In this document: piece after piece, positions 53,054 through 64,000 of the stretch
Layout of the letters: each line of letters begins with the position of its first letter
How positions within the stretch are numbered: position 1 is the stretch's first letter
DNA from: Cycas panzhihuaensis
Lineage: Eukaryota; Plantae; Cycadophyta
Direction: 5' to 3'
Length of the DNA stretch: 64,000 nucleotides
Assembly (NCBI GenBank): GCA_023213395.1
Contig: CM041465.1
Coordinates: 173,421,741 to 173,485,740, forward strand
Notes under the pieces: generated by a model
Databases searched by the model: none
What the model was told of the DNA's origin: nothing
The model's input: the letters and a program-made list of their open reading frames with translations, nothing else
Made by a program: the position numbers and the translations under genes

Positions 53054-54221
53054 GACTTCGCAATTGGGCATGTAGCTGGTTACTGGATATGTATGATACC
53101 CATGTAACTTGGGATCTCTTCACTTCGGCTCTTTGCCTAAAGATTCAAGAACTATGTTAGCAACGTCTTGTCAAAGAACAGGCTAAGTTAGATGAGGAGG
53201 AAAAGAGGTTACATGCTGAAGAAGAAAGGAGGTTAGCCCTTCAAAACTTCGTTGATGGTCTCCTGAGATTATATGCTAAGCTATTCTCCAACCCCTCACC
53301 ACTTCCAATAGAGCTAGACGAAGCTTGTATACAAGAGGTTTTGGAGGAGCAAGATCACTTAACAAAAGTGGTTGTGGATGAGCATGCAATGGACCATGAT
53401 GAGCAACTTGAAGACCCTACCTCACCTACATCTCCTCCACAGGATAGTGTGACATACCTCAACCAATTCACTTGGAAGAAGTCATAAGCCTCTCCATTAT
53501 ACAAGATACACCTTTCGATAATAAGGATGACCACCTTCCCCCTCATGGTGGTGCCCCATCAACATTCAGCATGAAAGAGCATTTGGGTCCTCATTTTTAT
53601 GGATCTCCATCTTACTACAACATGGGCCCACATTTCTTTGACTTTGATAGCCAGACAAAGGAGTCACTCTTTTTTGGTCAACATCACCAATTGCATAGAC
53701 TTGTGCATCAATCCTCAACAAGGAGTTCTGCAACAACAGTGTCTTCTCATCGTCACCTTGATCAAACCACTACTTATGACATATTAGCAACAACAAGTGG
53801 TGGACCCATGTATTCTTATTAGGATGCTTTGAGGGCAGGTATGTGGTGAGAGCCTTCACCACATGTTAGAGAGGGTTAATATATTGGGCACTTAAGTAGA
53901 ATAAGGGTTAAGGAGGTTAAGGTTAGGAGTATTTAATAATAGTGGCAATGTGGGATTGGGTAGCTTAAAGGTAGAATAATATAATAATGGGGTGATCCTC
54001 TTATAAATATGACACCCCCCATCTCATGTAATGTTATGTTGATATGTTTATGAATATATTTCTCTTATTGGGTTCACTTCTGTGCCCTTTTGGTTCTCAT
54101 TTGGTGCTTTCCATATCCACTCTCCACTCCCCTCGCCTCCATCTCTTGGCATTCTTACTCTTTGCTCTCATATTGTTATGGTAGCAGGGGTTGGCCTGTT
54201 ACAAAATCCAACCCTCTAGAG

Positions 54222-54619
54222 TGTAGGTAGAGACTCTGTGCCAGGGGTCTATAAACATTATGGGCATCTATCGTTAGTGGTTAAACACAATTGGGTATAC
54301 GTTGCTATGTGAAGTGAGGTGCAGACTGCGCCAATACCCAAGCCTTAGACATAACTCGGTTACGAACTTGTGCCTCCACGTACCCTCGAGTATAAAGGAG
54401 GACCCCTATAGGCTCCCTCACCAACCTAACATAGAAAAACTATCGACCGTTTGTCCCTCTGTGGTGCACGGATTAGTGGTTAACACTCAAAAGCTCCTCT
54501 ACATGAACACCTTTGCACGAATGTAGACCTTATAGGGATGGTTTTTCCTCTGTAGGTAGTGCCCTGAGATATTAGGCTGAATTACAGTAACGATAGAGAA
54601 GTTTATCGCAGGACCTACA
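54222..54619. mobile_element. Probable solo LTR in the leader of element A
   Basis: Terminal inverted TGTAGGT...ACCTACA with a central tataaagg. Only a 3-nt flanking duplication (gag) is visible. Confidence 0.45.
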
Positions 54620-55529
54620 GAGTCAAACATTGCCTTGTCAGCATCTAGTAGGTTCCCCACCCCTTGCAGTCAATTATTACACAAACCTCCTATACAAAAT
54701 CCTGAGTTTGTTATGCTTCAGTTAATACAATTGAGAACTGCCACAAATCTACGATCGTGATTTATTGTTGAGTAAATAAAATAACAACATTCTATACAAA
54801 CACCATCACATTTAGCAAAGTGATCCAACAAAAAACAAGAAGACTATCAAATCGGAGCACATTTGCCAATTTACATAGTTCGGCTCTCAAGAAATTTTCA
54901 ATACAATCAACAGTCAAACACACAGCATTGGAATCCCTGTCCAAATTTTCAATAGCATCTGCATCTTGTTTTGTGCACATTAGAGTCACTTAAACCCAAT
55001 CCAACCTAATTGAGTTTAGTCTTGCAGTTCGTCCCAAAAACAAAAAAAGAAAAAAGAAAGAGTCGCAACTTTGTCAATACTTTGCAAATTTAAATGAGAC
55101 CTGTGCCATTCAACTTGTCACAAAAAAAAGGTAAAAAAAAAAAGTCGTTGACCTAAAAACTAACCTTAACAATTTATGCATTTTACTTCAATCAACGTCT
55201 TATGTTAATCAGAGTCCACCAGGTCATTTTGAATTGTCAATTTCAAGGAAAACTGACGTACAAGCACCCTGTGGGCCTCGTTGGCCTTTATTTCTCGCTT
55301 ACTACTCACCTGTATCATCTTAATGAGCTCATTGTGCTCATTCAAGTGCATTAGGTGATTTTCTTAATTTTTGGGGTCAACAACTTATAGACACCCCATA
55401 CCCTACCCCTCTTTCCCCTCCATTCCTTTTATATATCCCCTCTCCTTTGATGTCCGTTCTACTTATCTCTCCCATTTCTTGTATTCCTTTCTTCTAGTTA
55501 TTCCCTACTTTGTCAAGACCACTTCTACA

Positions 55530-58500
55530 ATGAGTCAATTTGAATGCCTTTCCTCTTTGGAAACTCAATTCCTTGCTATACAAGACATACAAACAGGATA
55601 CAACCAAGCTATCATTGGACATTGCAAACCTCACAAAATAGGTACATCTATACATAATCAATTCTCTAGTTTTTTCTCTGCGTCCAACTCCAACTCTTCT
55701 AGCATTTCACAAGGTGGAGCATCTCAAGGTGGAACTGCTCCTCCTAAGTCTGTGCGACAACAACCATTCAATCATAAGATCAATATAGCAGTATTCAATC
55801 TAGATCTCAACAAGGATGCAACTCACAGTTGGATCAATAAATCAGATTTCTATTTTGCATTCAATCACCTATCTGAAGCTGATCAATTGACATTTGCCTC
55901 CATCCATTTGGAAGGCAAAGCTCACCACTAGTATAAATGGTGGACCTGCGAGTACCAATCACATCAAACATGGGACCAATTCTGTAGATGCTTTTTTGAG
56001 CAATATGAAGAGACATGGAACCAATCCTTTTTTAATCAATTAATGGGATCAAGACAAAACATGCTGGTCGAAACCTATTTCTATTTCTTAGAAAATGATA
56101 GACAAAAGAAACCTAGACTCGAGTCACCTAGCACTTGGAAAAACAAACATTACTTGAAACTTACATAGCCGGTCTTTATGAATGGATCCAAATGAGGTTG
56201 AAGACCAACCAACCTCCTAGCCTTCCGAATGCCATCAATTACGCTAAGGCAATTGAAGACGAATTTGCAGTAGAGCGAGCATCTAGGGGTAGAAGAGACA
56301 CACCATGGTTTAGTTGCCAAAGGCCTATAGAACCATATAGACCTCCAAGGCCTCGAGCAGAAAAACTTCCATGACAATCAATAAACTATCCAATTGAACA
56401 TCCAGTAGCAGAACAATCGTCAACACAAATGTGGATACCCACACTTAAGGTGTACAAGTGCAGAGAAGTCAATCTATGTTCATAGTGCACAAAAAAATGG
56501 TTCCTTGGACATGGTCATGTATGTAAAGCCAAAAGAGTCATATTCACCATTGGCCCCAATTCTGGCTCCGAAGATGAAATTGAAGAAGAGCCACCCTTGG
56601 AACCCTCCCCACCTCTTAACCCTGAACTCGAAGCACTCCTATCCATTGTTTCTTCTTCTGCCTGCCCCAACCTATTGTGAGTAAGAGGGACCTTAAGACA
56701 AACCCCCATTACAATTTCGATCAACGATGGAACGTTGTTAAACTTCATTGATATTGCAATAGCTAGACAATTAAACCTCTACATTGAGACAAAAACAAGG
56801 TTTAATTATTCTCTCCTAGGTCATTACTTCCTTCATTGTGCAGGTGTTATTTGAAACCTTCAAGTCCAAAGTGGCACATATCAGCTCAAGTCAGACTTTA
56901 ATGCTTTATCGATTGGGGGATCATCGCCATCTTAGGTGTCTAATGGCTCTAAATGTTAGGCACTTATAGTACCAATAAGCCACCAAAGAGCCCATTTATT
57001 GTCTGCCTTAACAACATTCAATCACAGTCTAAGATCAACATAGACATCCAATCCATTCTCACTAAATACCAAACTATCTTTTCCCCCTTACCTAGTGGCC
57101 CTCCCCCAAATATTGGATTTCATCATACCATTGACCTTAAAAATCCTCATAACCCTATCAACCTACGTTTGTATTAAAACTATTACTTCCAAAAGAACGA
57201 GATGGAATGCATCACTAATGAACTTATAGATATAGGAATAACACAACCTAGTAAAAGCCCCTATGCAACCACATTGTTATAGTTTGATAAAAAGATGGTT
57301 CTTTTTGACTTTGTGTCGATTATCGGGAACTCAATAGACTAACCATTAAGAATAAGTTCCCCCACCCTTCAGATTGATGATATGTTAGATGAAATCCACA
57401 GGGCTACAATTTTTTCCAAATTAAACTTGCAATCCAGATATTACCAAATACCAATAGCCCTTGAGAATAGGCACAAAATAGCTTTTCAAACCCACCATGG
57501 CCACATTGAATTTTAGGTCATGTCATTTGGGCTATGCAATGCTTTAGCCACTTTCCAAGAGCTCGTGAATAAAGTTTTTGCCCCTTACCTTTCAAAGTTC
57601 ATTATTGTCTTCTTTGATGACATATTAATTTGTAGTGCTAGCATGCCCCTACATCTCCAACATTTAGAAACTACCCTTCAGGTCTTGGCTCAAAACTAAT
57701 TATATGCAAAGATGTCAAAATGTGAATTTGGAAAAATTAAATTACAATGCTTAAGTCACATCATTTTCATAGCTAGAGTACGAGTTGACCCTGATAATAT
57801 CAATCGTCACCCAGTGGCCCACCCCAAAGAACCTCACCCAATTACAAGCCTTCCTCAAACTAATTGGCTTTTATCATTGCTTCATTAAAAACTACATGTC
57901 CATACTTGCCCCCTTAATGAATTTACTTCGTAAGGACTCCTTTCAGTGGTCACCAACTGTTGAGGATGCTTTCAACCTTATGAAAATACTCATGTCAACC
58001 ACACCAATCCTTTCCACCCCTAACTTTTCCTAGTCATTCTAATTAGAATGCGATGTGTTAGGTGTGGGGCTAGGGGCTATCCTCATGTAGAATTTTCACC
58101 CCATCGCATTTGAAAGTTGAGAGCTCAAAGAGCACGAGTATCGACTATCCACCAATAAAAAAGAAATAAGGGCCATTCTGCACGTAGTAGACAAGTGGCA
58201 CCAATATCTACTTGGTTCCAAGTTCACCATTTTGATGAACCGCCATAGTCTCCGCTGCTTATTAGACCAACGAGTTTTATTTGAAGAACAAGCCAAATGG
58301 GTTGTAAATTATAGGTCTTTGACTTTCCCATCTTGTATAAAAAGGGCAAGCATAATGTTGTCACAGATGCTGTCTCCTGACTTTTAGCTAAACCTACCAT
58401 TTAGGCCATCTCTATGCCCCAACCTTCCTGGCTCCACGACTTGGCCAAGGCCAATAAAGCCCAACCTAAGTTTGCCACCTGGGCTAATAGGGTTCAAGAT

Positions 58501-60720
58501 TATAAATATTGGAGTTTACATAATAACTACCTTCTCTATTAGAACCGCATTTTCGTACACCTTGCCTCCCCATTTATTACCCGCATCTTGTCCAACTATC
58601 ACAACACCCCCCTTGGAGGACACTTGGGATTCAACAAAACCTATTGCCGAATTTGGCCAAATTTCTATTGGCACCATATGAAGTTTTCCATTCTCACATA
58701 TGTATTCGAATGCTATGCATGCAAACGTAACAAGGCGGACACCAAGGCCCAACCCAACCTACTTCAACCCTTGAAAATCCCTTAGGGAAAATGGCAAGAC
58801 ATTGCCGTGGACTTCATCACGGGACTCCTATTATCAATCGGGTACGATTCCATTTGGGTCATCATAGATTGCCTGACTAAATATGCCCATTTCCTACTTG
58901 TCCACACTACCTACAAAGCCCCTCGTTTGGCCGAACTCTACATCTGATTCGTCTTTCACCTCCATGACTTCCCATCAACCATTGTATTCGACAGAGATCC
59001 CAAATTCACTAGCACATTTTGGCAAGAACTCTTTCCCGCATTGGTAACGTCCTTCAACATCAACTCCTCCTATCACCCCCAAACATATGGGCAATCTAAA
59101 ATTCTTAACAAAACCTTAGAAATGTACCTACGCTGTTTTGCCTCGAAACACCAAAGATGTTGGACCTCTTGGCTAGCCTTAGTCGAGTACACTTCTTCCC
59201 ATTAGTCTGCAATTAGTATGATCCCTTTCATGGCCCTCTATGGTTATCCCCCATCATCCCATCATACCTTGGCCACCAATCTCCACATTGCTAGGGTATA
59301 ACAAATATTACAGGACATTGATCAAATCCTCCACACCCTTAAAGCAAAACCTGGCCTCTGCACAAAATAGCATGAAGCAGCTAATGGATCACCACAGCTC
59401 TGATAAATCATTTGAAGTGGGTGACCTAGTTTTCCTTTGTCTCCAACCTTACAAGCAACCACAATTCCTCCATCATAACAAACCTCACAAGCAACATCCC
59501 CAATATTATGGCCCCTATAAAATCACTCAACAAATTGGTGTCGCTGCTTATGCCCTTGACCTTTCTCTTGATACCATGATCCATAATGTCTTTCATGTAT
59601 TTTGCCTAAAAAAACATATGGGAAAGTTCTTCATCCCCCAAACAACCCTCCCTACCCTCTAAGAAGAAGAGATCCTTACAATTGCCCCATATGTATTCTA
59701 AACACTCGCCAATGCCATCTTCGGAATAGAACCATTTATGAGCATCAGTGGGCCGACTGTGAACTGAAGGAAGCTATAGCGTTCCCAAAATAATGAAGAA
59801 GTCGGTTTTACTTAATATGGTGAAGTTGGTTTTTAGAAAAGACTTACAAGAAGAATTATTTATTTTATTTTATTTTATTATGAAGTCGGTTTTTTGGAGG
59901 GAAAAGTAAGAAGTTGGGTTTGAAGGCTATAAATATAGAGCCTCCCTCATTTTGAAAATCTCCAAGATGATCTTCAAAATGAGGGAGGCTCTATATTTAT
60001 AGCCTTCAAACCCAATTTCTTACTTTTCCCTCCAAAAAACCGACTAATTGTAGTGTTCCCAAAATAATGAAGAAGTCAGTTTTACTTAATATGGTAAAGT
60101 TGGTTTTTAGAAAAGATTTAAAAGAAGAATTATTTATTTTATTTTATTGTAGCGTTCCCAAAATAATGAAGAAGTCAATTTTACTTAATATGGTAAAGTC
60201 GGTTTATAGAAAAGACTTAAAAGAAGAATTATTTATTTTATTTTATTTTATTGTGAAGTTGGTTTTTTGGAGGGAAAAATAAGAAGTTGGGTTTGAAGGC
60301 TATAAATATAGAGCCTTCCTCATTTTGAAGATCATCTTGGAGATTTTCTGTTGTGAAGGGATAATGGCCTCGCGCCATTAGGGCCTCGTGCCTATTTAGA
60401 GGGTCGCTCTCACCTCGAAGAGGATTTATCAAGCTGTTGGATACTTTATCAGGTGCTATCATTCTGTTTATATTATTCATTATTGTTTAAATATGCTACT
60501 ATTATCTCTGTTTTACGAGGTTGTACTATTGCAATTATCTGCTGGACATATGAAATTTATTGCTATGAAATGTTGTGAGCTACTTTGAATACAGATTCGT
60601 TATTGGAAATAGAGCTTCCATTTGTTGTCTTTTGTCTGGCTCACTACAGAAGCCACATGGGAATTAGAAGACTTCATCAAACAACATTCACATCTTCAAC
60701 ACTTTGAGAACTCAGTGTTT
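55530..60720 (+). pseudogene. Element A gag-pol (gag, PR, RT, RH, INT, chromodomain), decayed and interrupted by a solo LTR
   Basis: Gag FASIHLEGKAH and YIAGL, RT VFFDDIL (about 57607), integrase HNTPLGGHLGFNKTY..C..C, GPY motif QYYGPYKI, and HNVFHVFCLKK. The chromodomain EA|TWE is split at 59774/60654. Confidence 0.88.
59775..60648 (+). mobile_element. Rearranged solo LTR (D) inserted in the chromodomain of A
   Basis: TSD GAAGC at 59770-59774 and 60649-60653. Complete LTR at 60148-60648 (TGTAGCG...CTACA), preceded by two partial U3 copies (59775, 60049) and an inverted segment. Confidence 0.9.
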
Positions 60721-62703
60721 TAGAGGGGGGGACCTATTATGTAATCTCCCAAAGTGAACAACATATAAGCATCTAACTACACATTTAAGGTGGTACAAGT
60801 TAATGTCATTTATCAATGGGTGTGCGTGGGCTGCATATCTCCACTAATGAGATTAAATGCTGCATCGTCCTCCAATAGGATGCTAGGGAATAATGACCAC
60901 TTCTGTCAATTTAAGGCCATACATTTGTAAAGAAATCCCATATGTCATGATCTCCTCTTGTAAGATTGTACTCACGTACATATTCTCTTTTGGTGTCCTT
61001 TTAAGCTTTTCTGTGTCCTTTCACATTCTAAATGTAATCTTAGTTGTTGCAGTAATAAAAAGATCTATTTGTGCTCTCTTATCGCCTATTTGGAGTAAAA
61101 ATTGCCAGATGGGATTGTAACATATAGACCGAAACCCATAACACACCTCAAAGGGAGAGTACTCCATGGAATGATGCACTGCACAATTGTATCCATGGTG
61201 AATGGCTACAAGAGAACAATCCCATTGAATGGTAGTGTGCTAATATATGTAGTGGGAATAAACCAGGGTCCAATTCACTACCTTAGATTGCTTGCTTGTT
61301 TAGGGGTGGAATGCTGTGGAGTATTGGAGCTTGGATGCTCCAAGTTTCTACAATGTGTGCCAAAAATGGCTAAGGAAACGTGCATCTTTGTCTGAAATGA
61401 TAGTAAGTGCTGACCCGTACTGGACCCAAACATTGTTAAAGAAAATATGGGCAATGTGTGGTTCATCAATTACTTTGTTGCATGGGATGAACACTGCCAT
61501 CTTAAAAAACCAACAAACCACAACCAAGATGCAATTGTGTTTGCGTTGAGTCATAGGCAACCCATTGATGAAGCCCATTGAGGTTGACTCTCAAGGATGA
61601 TATGGTATTGGCATAGGATGATACAAACCCACCTTTTGATTGACAGGTTTGGATTGGTTGGAAAGGGCACAAAACCTAATGAACTACTCCATATGCTCTG
61701 CATAGGTGGTTAGTAAAAGTACCTTTGCAGATGTTGTAGGGTTTCCAAAACCCTAGAGTGTTCCCATAGTTGGAATCATGCACATCCCTCAAAAGTTGAT
61801 CTTCGCTATTGCCTCGTGGCATACAAAGTTGATGGTGTTGATACAACATGTCATATTGTAAGTGGTAACTAAGGAATGGCTGTTGATTCACCCAATGAGG
61901 TTGTTGTATCAAAGTATAGATGGCACTGAAGCTGTAGGCATTCTACCACTCAAAATAACCAGTGCACCTAGTGTCATGTATAGTGACCATAGTGCAAATA
62001 GGAGGACTATGAGAAAATCTACCACCTTGTTGGTGGTCTGCTTCTTATATGTGATAACCAAGTGAAGCTGCTACAAGTATGAAGCCCATCGCATATGGTG
62101 ATGCTCTTGGATACAACTATGTGAATGTAGAGATTGCAGTTGTCAATAGTCCATGTGGACAATCCTTTGTAGAGACTGAAGTTGTCAATAATCCATGGGA
62201 CAATCCTTTCCTAGTAGCTAGTAGGACCAAAACTTCATTTCTTGGATAAGGGTATAGAAGTATTGTTGTTCATCTTTGCCTATGAATTTCTTAGAATGAT
62301 AGGTGAAATGATGTCCTCCTTACTCAAGTACTACTCCCACGGCCACTTGCGAGGTGTCAATCTCATCATCAAAAGGTTGCTACAAGTTTGGCAATGTAAA
62401 GCTCGAGGTCGTGCATAAAGGGTCCTTCAATTTGTTAAATACGACCTCTTGAGTGCAACCCCAACTAAAGGTACTTTGCTCTTTGTAAAAGCATAAAGTG
62501 CAAGGGCATAATCAACATATTTGAAATTGAACTTTCTATAGAAATTTGCAAGCCCCAAGAAGTTATAGAGATTCTTAATATCATGGGTAGAGGCCAATTG
62601 CGGGAATTCCAAGGGGAATTCACACTTCAAACACATATAATATCCACATATAAGACTATCTTTTAGGGTTTTGTATAGGTAAACAAGCACTAAAAGTAAA
62701 TAT

Positions 62704-64000
62704 TGAAGTGAAAAAGTACAATATCCACCACTTTTATGATCAAATAGGCTGAATATTGAAGTGGAATGACACCAACAATGTATGTACAAAAGATAACAAA
62801 CTTACAATAAGTAAGACTGAGTCTCTAGCTTCCAATTCGAGGTGAGGTGTCCTCCCCAAAATAACTCCTTAAGGTCAAAAATATGGCAAATCTAGAACCT
62901 GAGTTGATGCCAAAAAGTCCTATATATACGTAGCCAGGTTCTATTAAGGAAGTTGGCCAAAAAGATCAATTAAGTTCTACTACAACAATGAACACAATCG
63001 ACTAAAATAACCAATTTAAGTTGGCTAAAATATGTAATAAGGTAAGGCAGAATATGTAATGAAGTTAGCCAAACGTCTGGGGTAGGAGTGCCACAAGTCC
63101 ATCCCCTAAAACATGCTTTGCCCTCAAAGCATGGGGAGGTTCGTATGTTGTTGGTGCCAATCTTCTAGTGCCCAAGTGGTTTCTTTGTGGTCAAGGGTCT
63201 TCCATTTTATCAGGTACTCAGATTTCTCTGGAATGTAGTTTCTTAGTACGTATTTGTAAGATGCTTTTTGGTTCCATTGTCATCTTGCCTTCTTCGTCTA
63301 GCACTGGTAACTTTGTCTGTGGGGTGGTAGTTTGTCCTAACTTCAGTTTAAGACATGAAGCATGGAAGACGTTATGGATGCAACTCCATGGTGGTAAGTT
63401 AAGTCAGTACGCCACTTTCCTACTTCGTCTAAAATTTGATATGGACCAAAGAACTGTGGCAGTAATTTGAACTTACCTAATTGTTTCATCATGGCTTGTT
63501 TATATGGTTGAATCCTTAGAAAAACCCAGTCTCTTGTTGTCAATGATCTTTCTGTCTTGTGTAGGTTCGTTTGTTGTTTCATCCAATTCCTGGCCAAAGT
63601 TATGTTGTCTTTGAGTATTTGCATTATTCCATCCATTTGCTCTTGTTGTTCTTAAATGGATTGCACAAGTGAGGTACTAAACCATGTAAGAAGTGATGGG
63701 GGTTTGAAGCCATATAATGCTTAGAGGGGGTCATTTTGGCAGTTGTATGGTAGTTGGTGTTGTACCATCACTTGGCCAAGTGGAGCCATTTATGCCACTA
63801 CTGTTGTTTGTCAGATGCGAAATTTCGTAGATATGCTTCTAGACATTTATTTACTAGCTCAATTTTACTATCGGTCTATGGGTGATAGGTCATACTCATG
63901 GAAAGTTTTGTGCTTGCTTAAATAATTCTTTCTAAAAGTTGCTTGTGAATTTGGGATCGCAATCATTAACGATGATTTTCGGGAATCTATGAAGGTGATG
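62704..64000 (-). mobile_element. 3' end of another Gypsy chromovirus-type element (F): integrase, chromodomain, PPT and 3' LTR
   Basis: LTR at 62704-63095 (TGTGGCAC...CACTTCA on minus) and PPT at about 63098-63107. ORF 63343-63636 carries DWVFLRIQPYKQ..PQFFGPYQI. Continues beyond the window. Confidence 0.85.

Larger units (their letters stand above)
45622..54203 (+). mobile_element. Pol-less non-autonomous LTR element B (about 3 kb of its own sequence) nested in the leader of A
   Basis: LTRs at 45622 to about 45971 and 53842-54203. TSD AAATC at 45617-45621 and 54204-54208. PBS tggtatcagagc at 45974-45985. No RT/INT motifs; an acidic, coiled-coil-like reading frame lies at about 53140-53470. 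Confidence 0.88.
45035..61122 (+). mobile_element. Ty3/Gypsy chromovirus-type element A (about 6.2 kb of its own sequence) carrying nested insertions
   Basis: LTRs at 45035-45442 and 60735-61122 (both end gggattgtaaca). TSD TATAG at 45030-45034 and 61123-61127. PBS at 45445-45456 and PPT at 60722-60732. Confidence 0.92.
44480..62703 (-). mobile_element. Old Gypsy pol remnant (element E), split by later insertions into about 44480-45029 and 61128-62703
   Basis: Minus-strand RT/RH FLGLANFYRKF and integrase MGFINGLPMT..ILVVV..TIISDKDARFLSHFW at 61348-61578. The sequence left of the TATAG TSD (44480-45029) appears to continue the integrase C-terminal region. Confidence 0.7.
33591..64000 (-). other. 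RSH1: Probable giant (>30 kb) TE-filled intron of RSH1
   Basis: The expected upstream TGS exon (...NAEVVEIxTYN) was not found by eye between 33591 and 64000. Most of the interval is nested retroelements. Confidence 0.6.

Overview
Eukaryotic plant nuclear DNA. It is AT-rich, CpG-depleted and dominated by retroelements; the long TE-filled intron suggests a gymnosperm-type genome (inference). The only host gene I can support is the 3' end of a plastid-type RelA/SpoT homologue, RSH1, on the minus strand. Its last five coding exons lie at 32235-33590, and the preceding intron appears to run more than 30 kb past the window end. Downstream of the gene (1-30 kb) are old, decayed elements: a TSD-flanked L1 LINE with RNase H inserted in a Gypsy LTR, a Gypsy element interrupted by a Copia, and a tandem of RT/RH/INT-deleted (TR-GAG-like) Gypsy derivatives. 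The intron holds a TSD-resolved nest of LTR elements: Gypsy > Gypsy > pol-less element > Copia, plus solo LTRs, one rearranged into a 73-bp hairpin. The most unusual structure is at 34502-41808. A ~259-bp miniature LTR element (65-67-bp identical LTRs) is joined tail-to-tail to a young Copia, and the pair is flanked by a single 5-bp TSD (GTTTG). Both outer ends start TGTTAAA and both inner ends keep unprocessed spacer bases. This looks like co-integration of a mini-TRIM and its helper as one heterodimer. All coordinates were read by eye, and no database searches or alignments were run.
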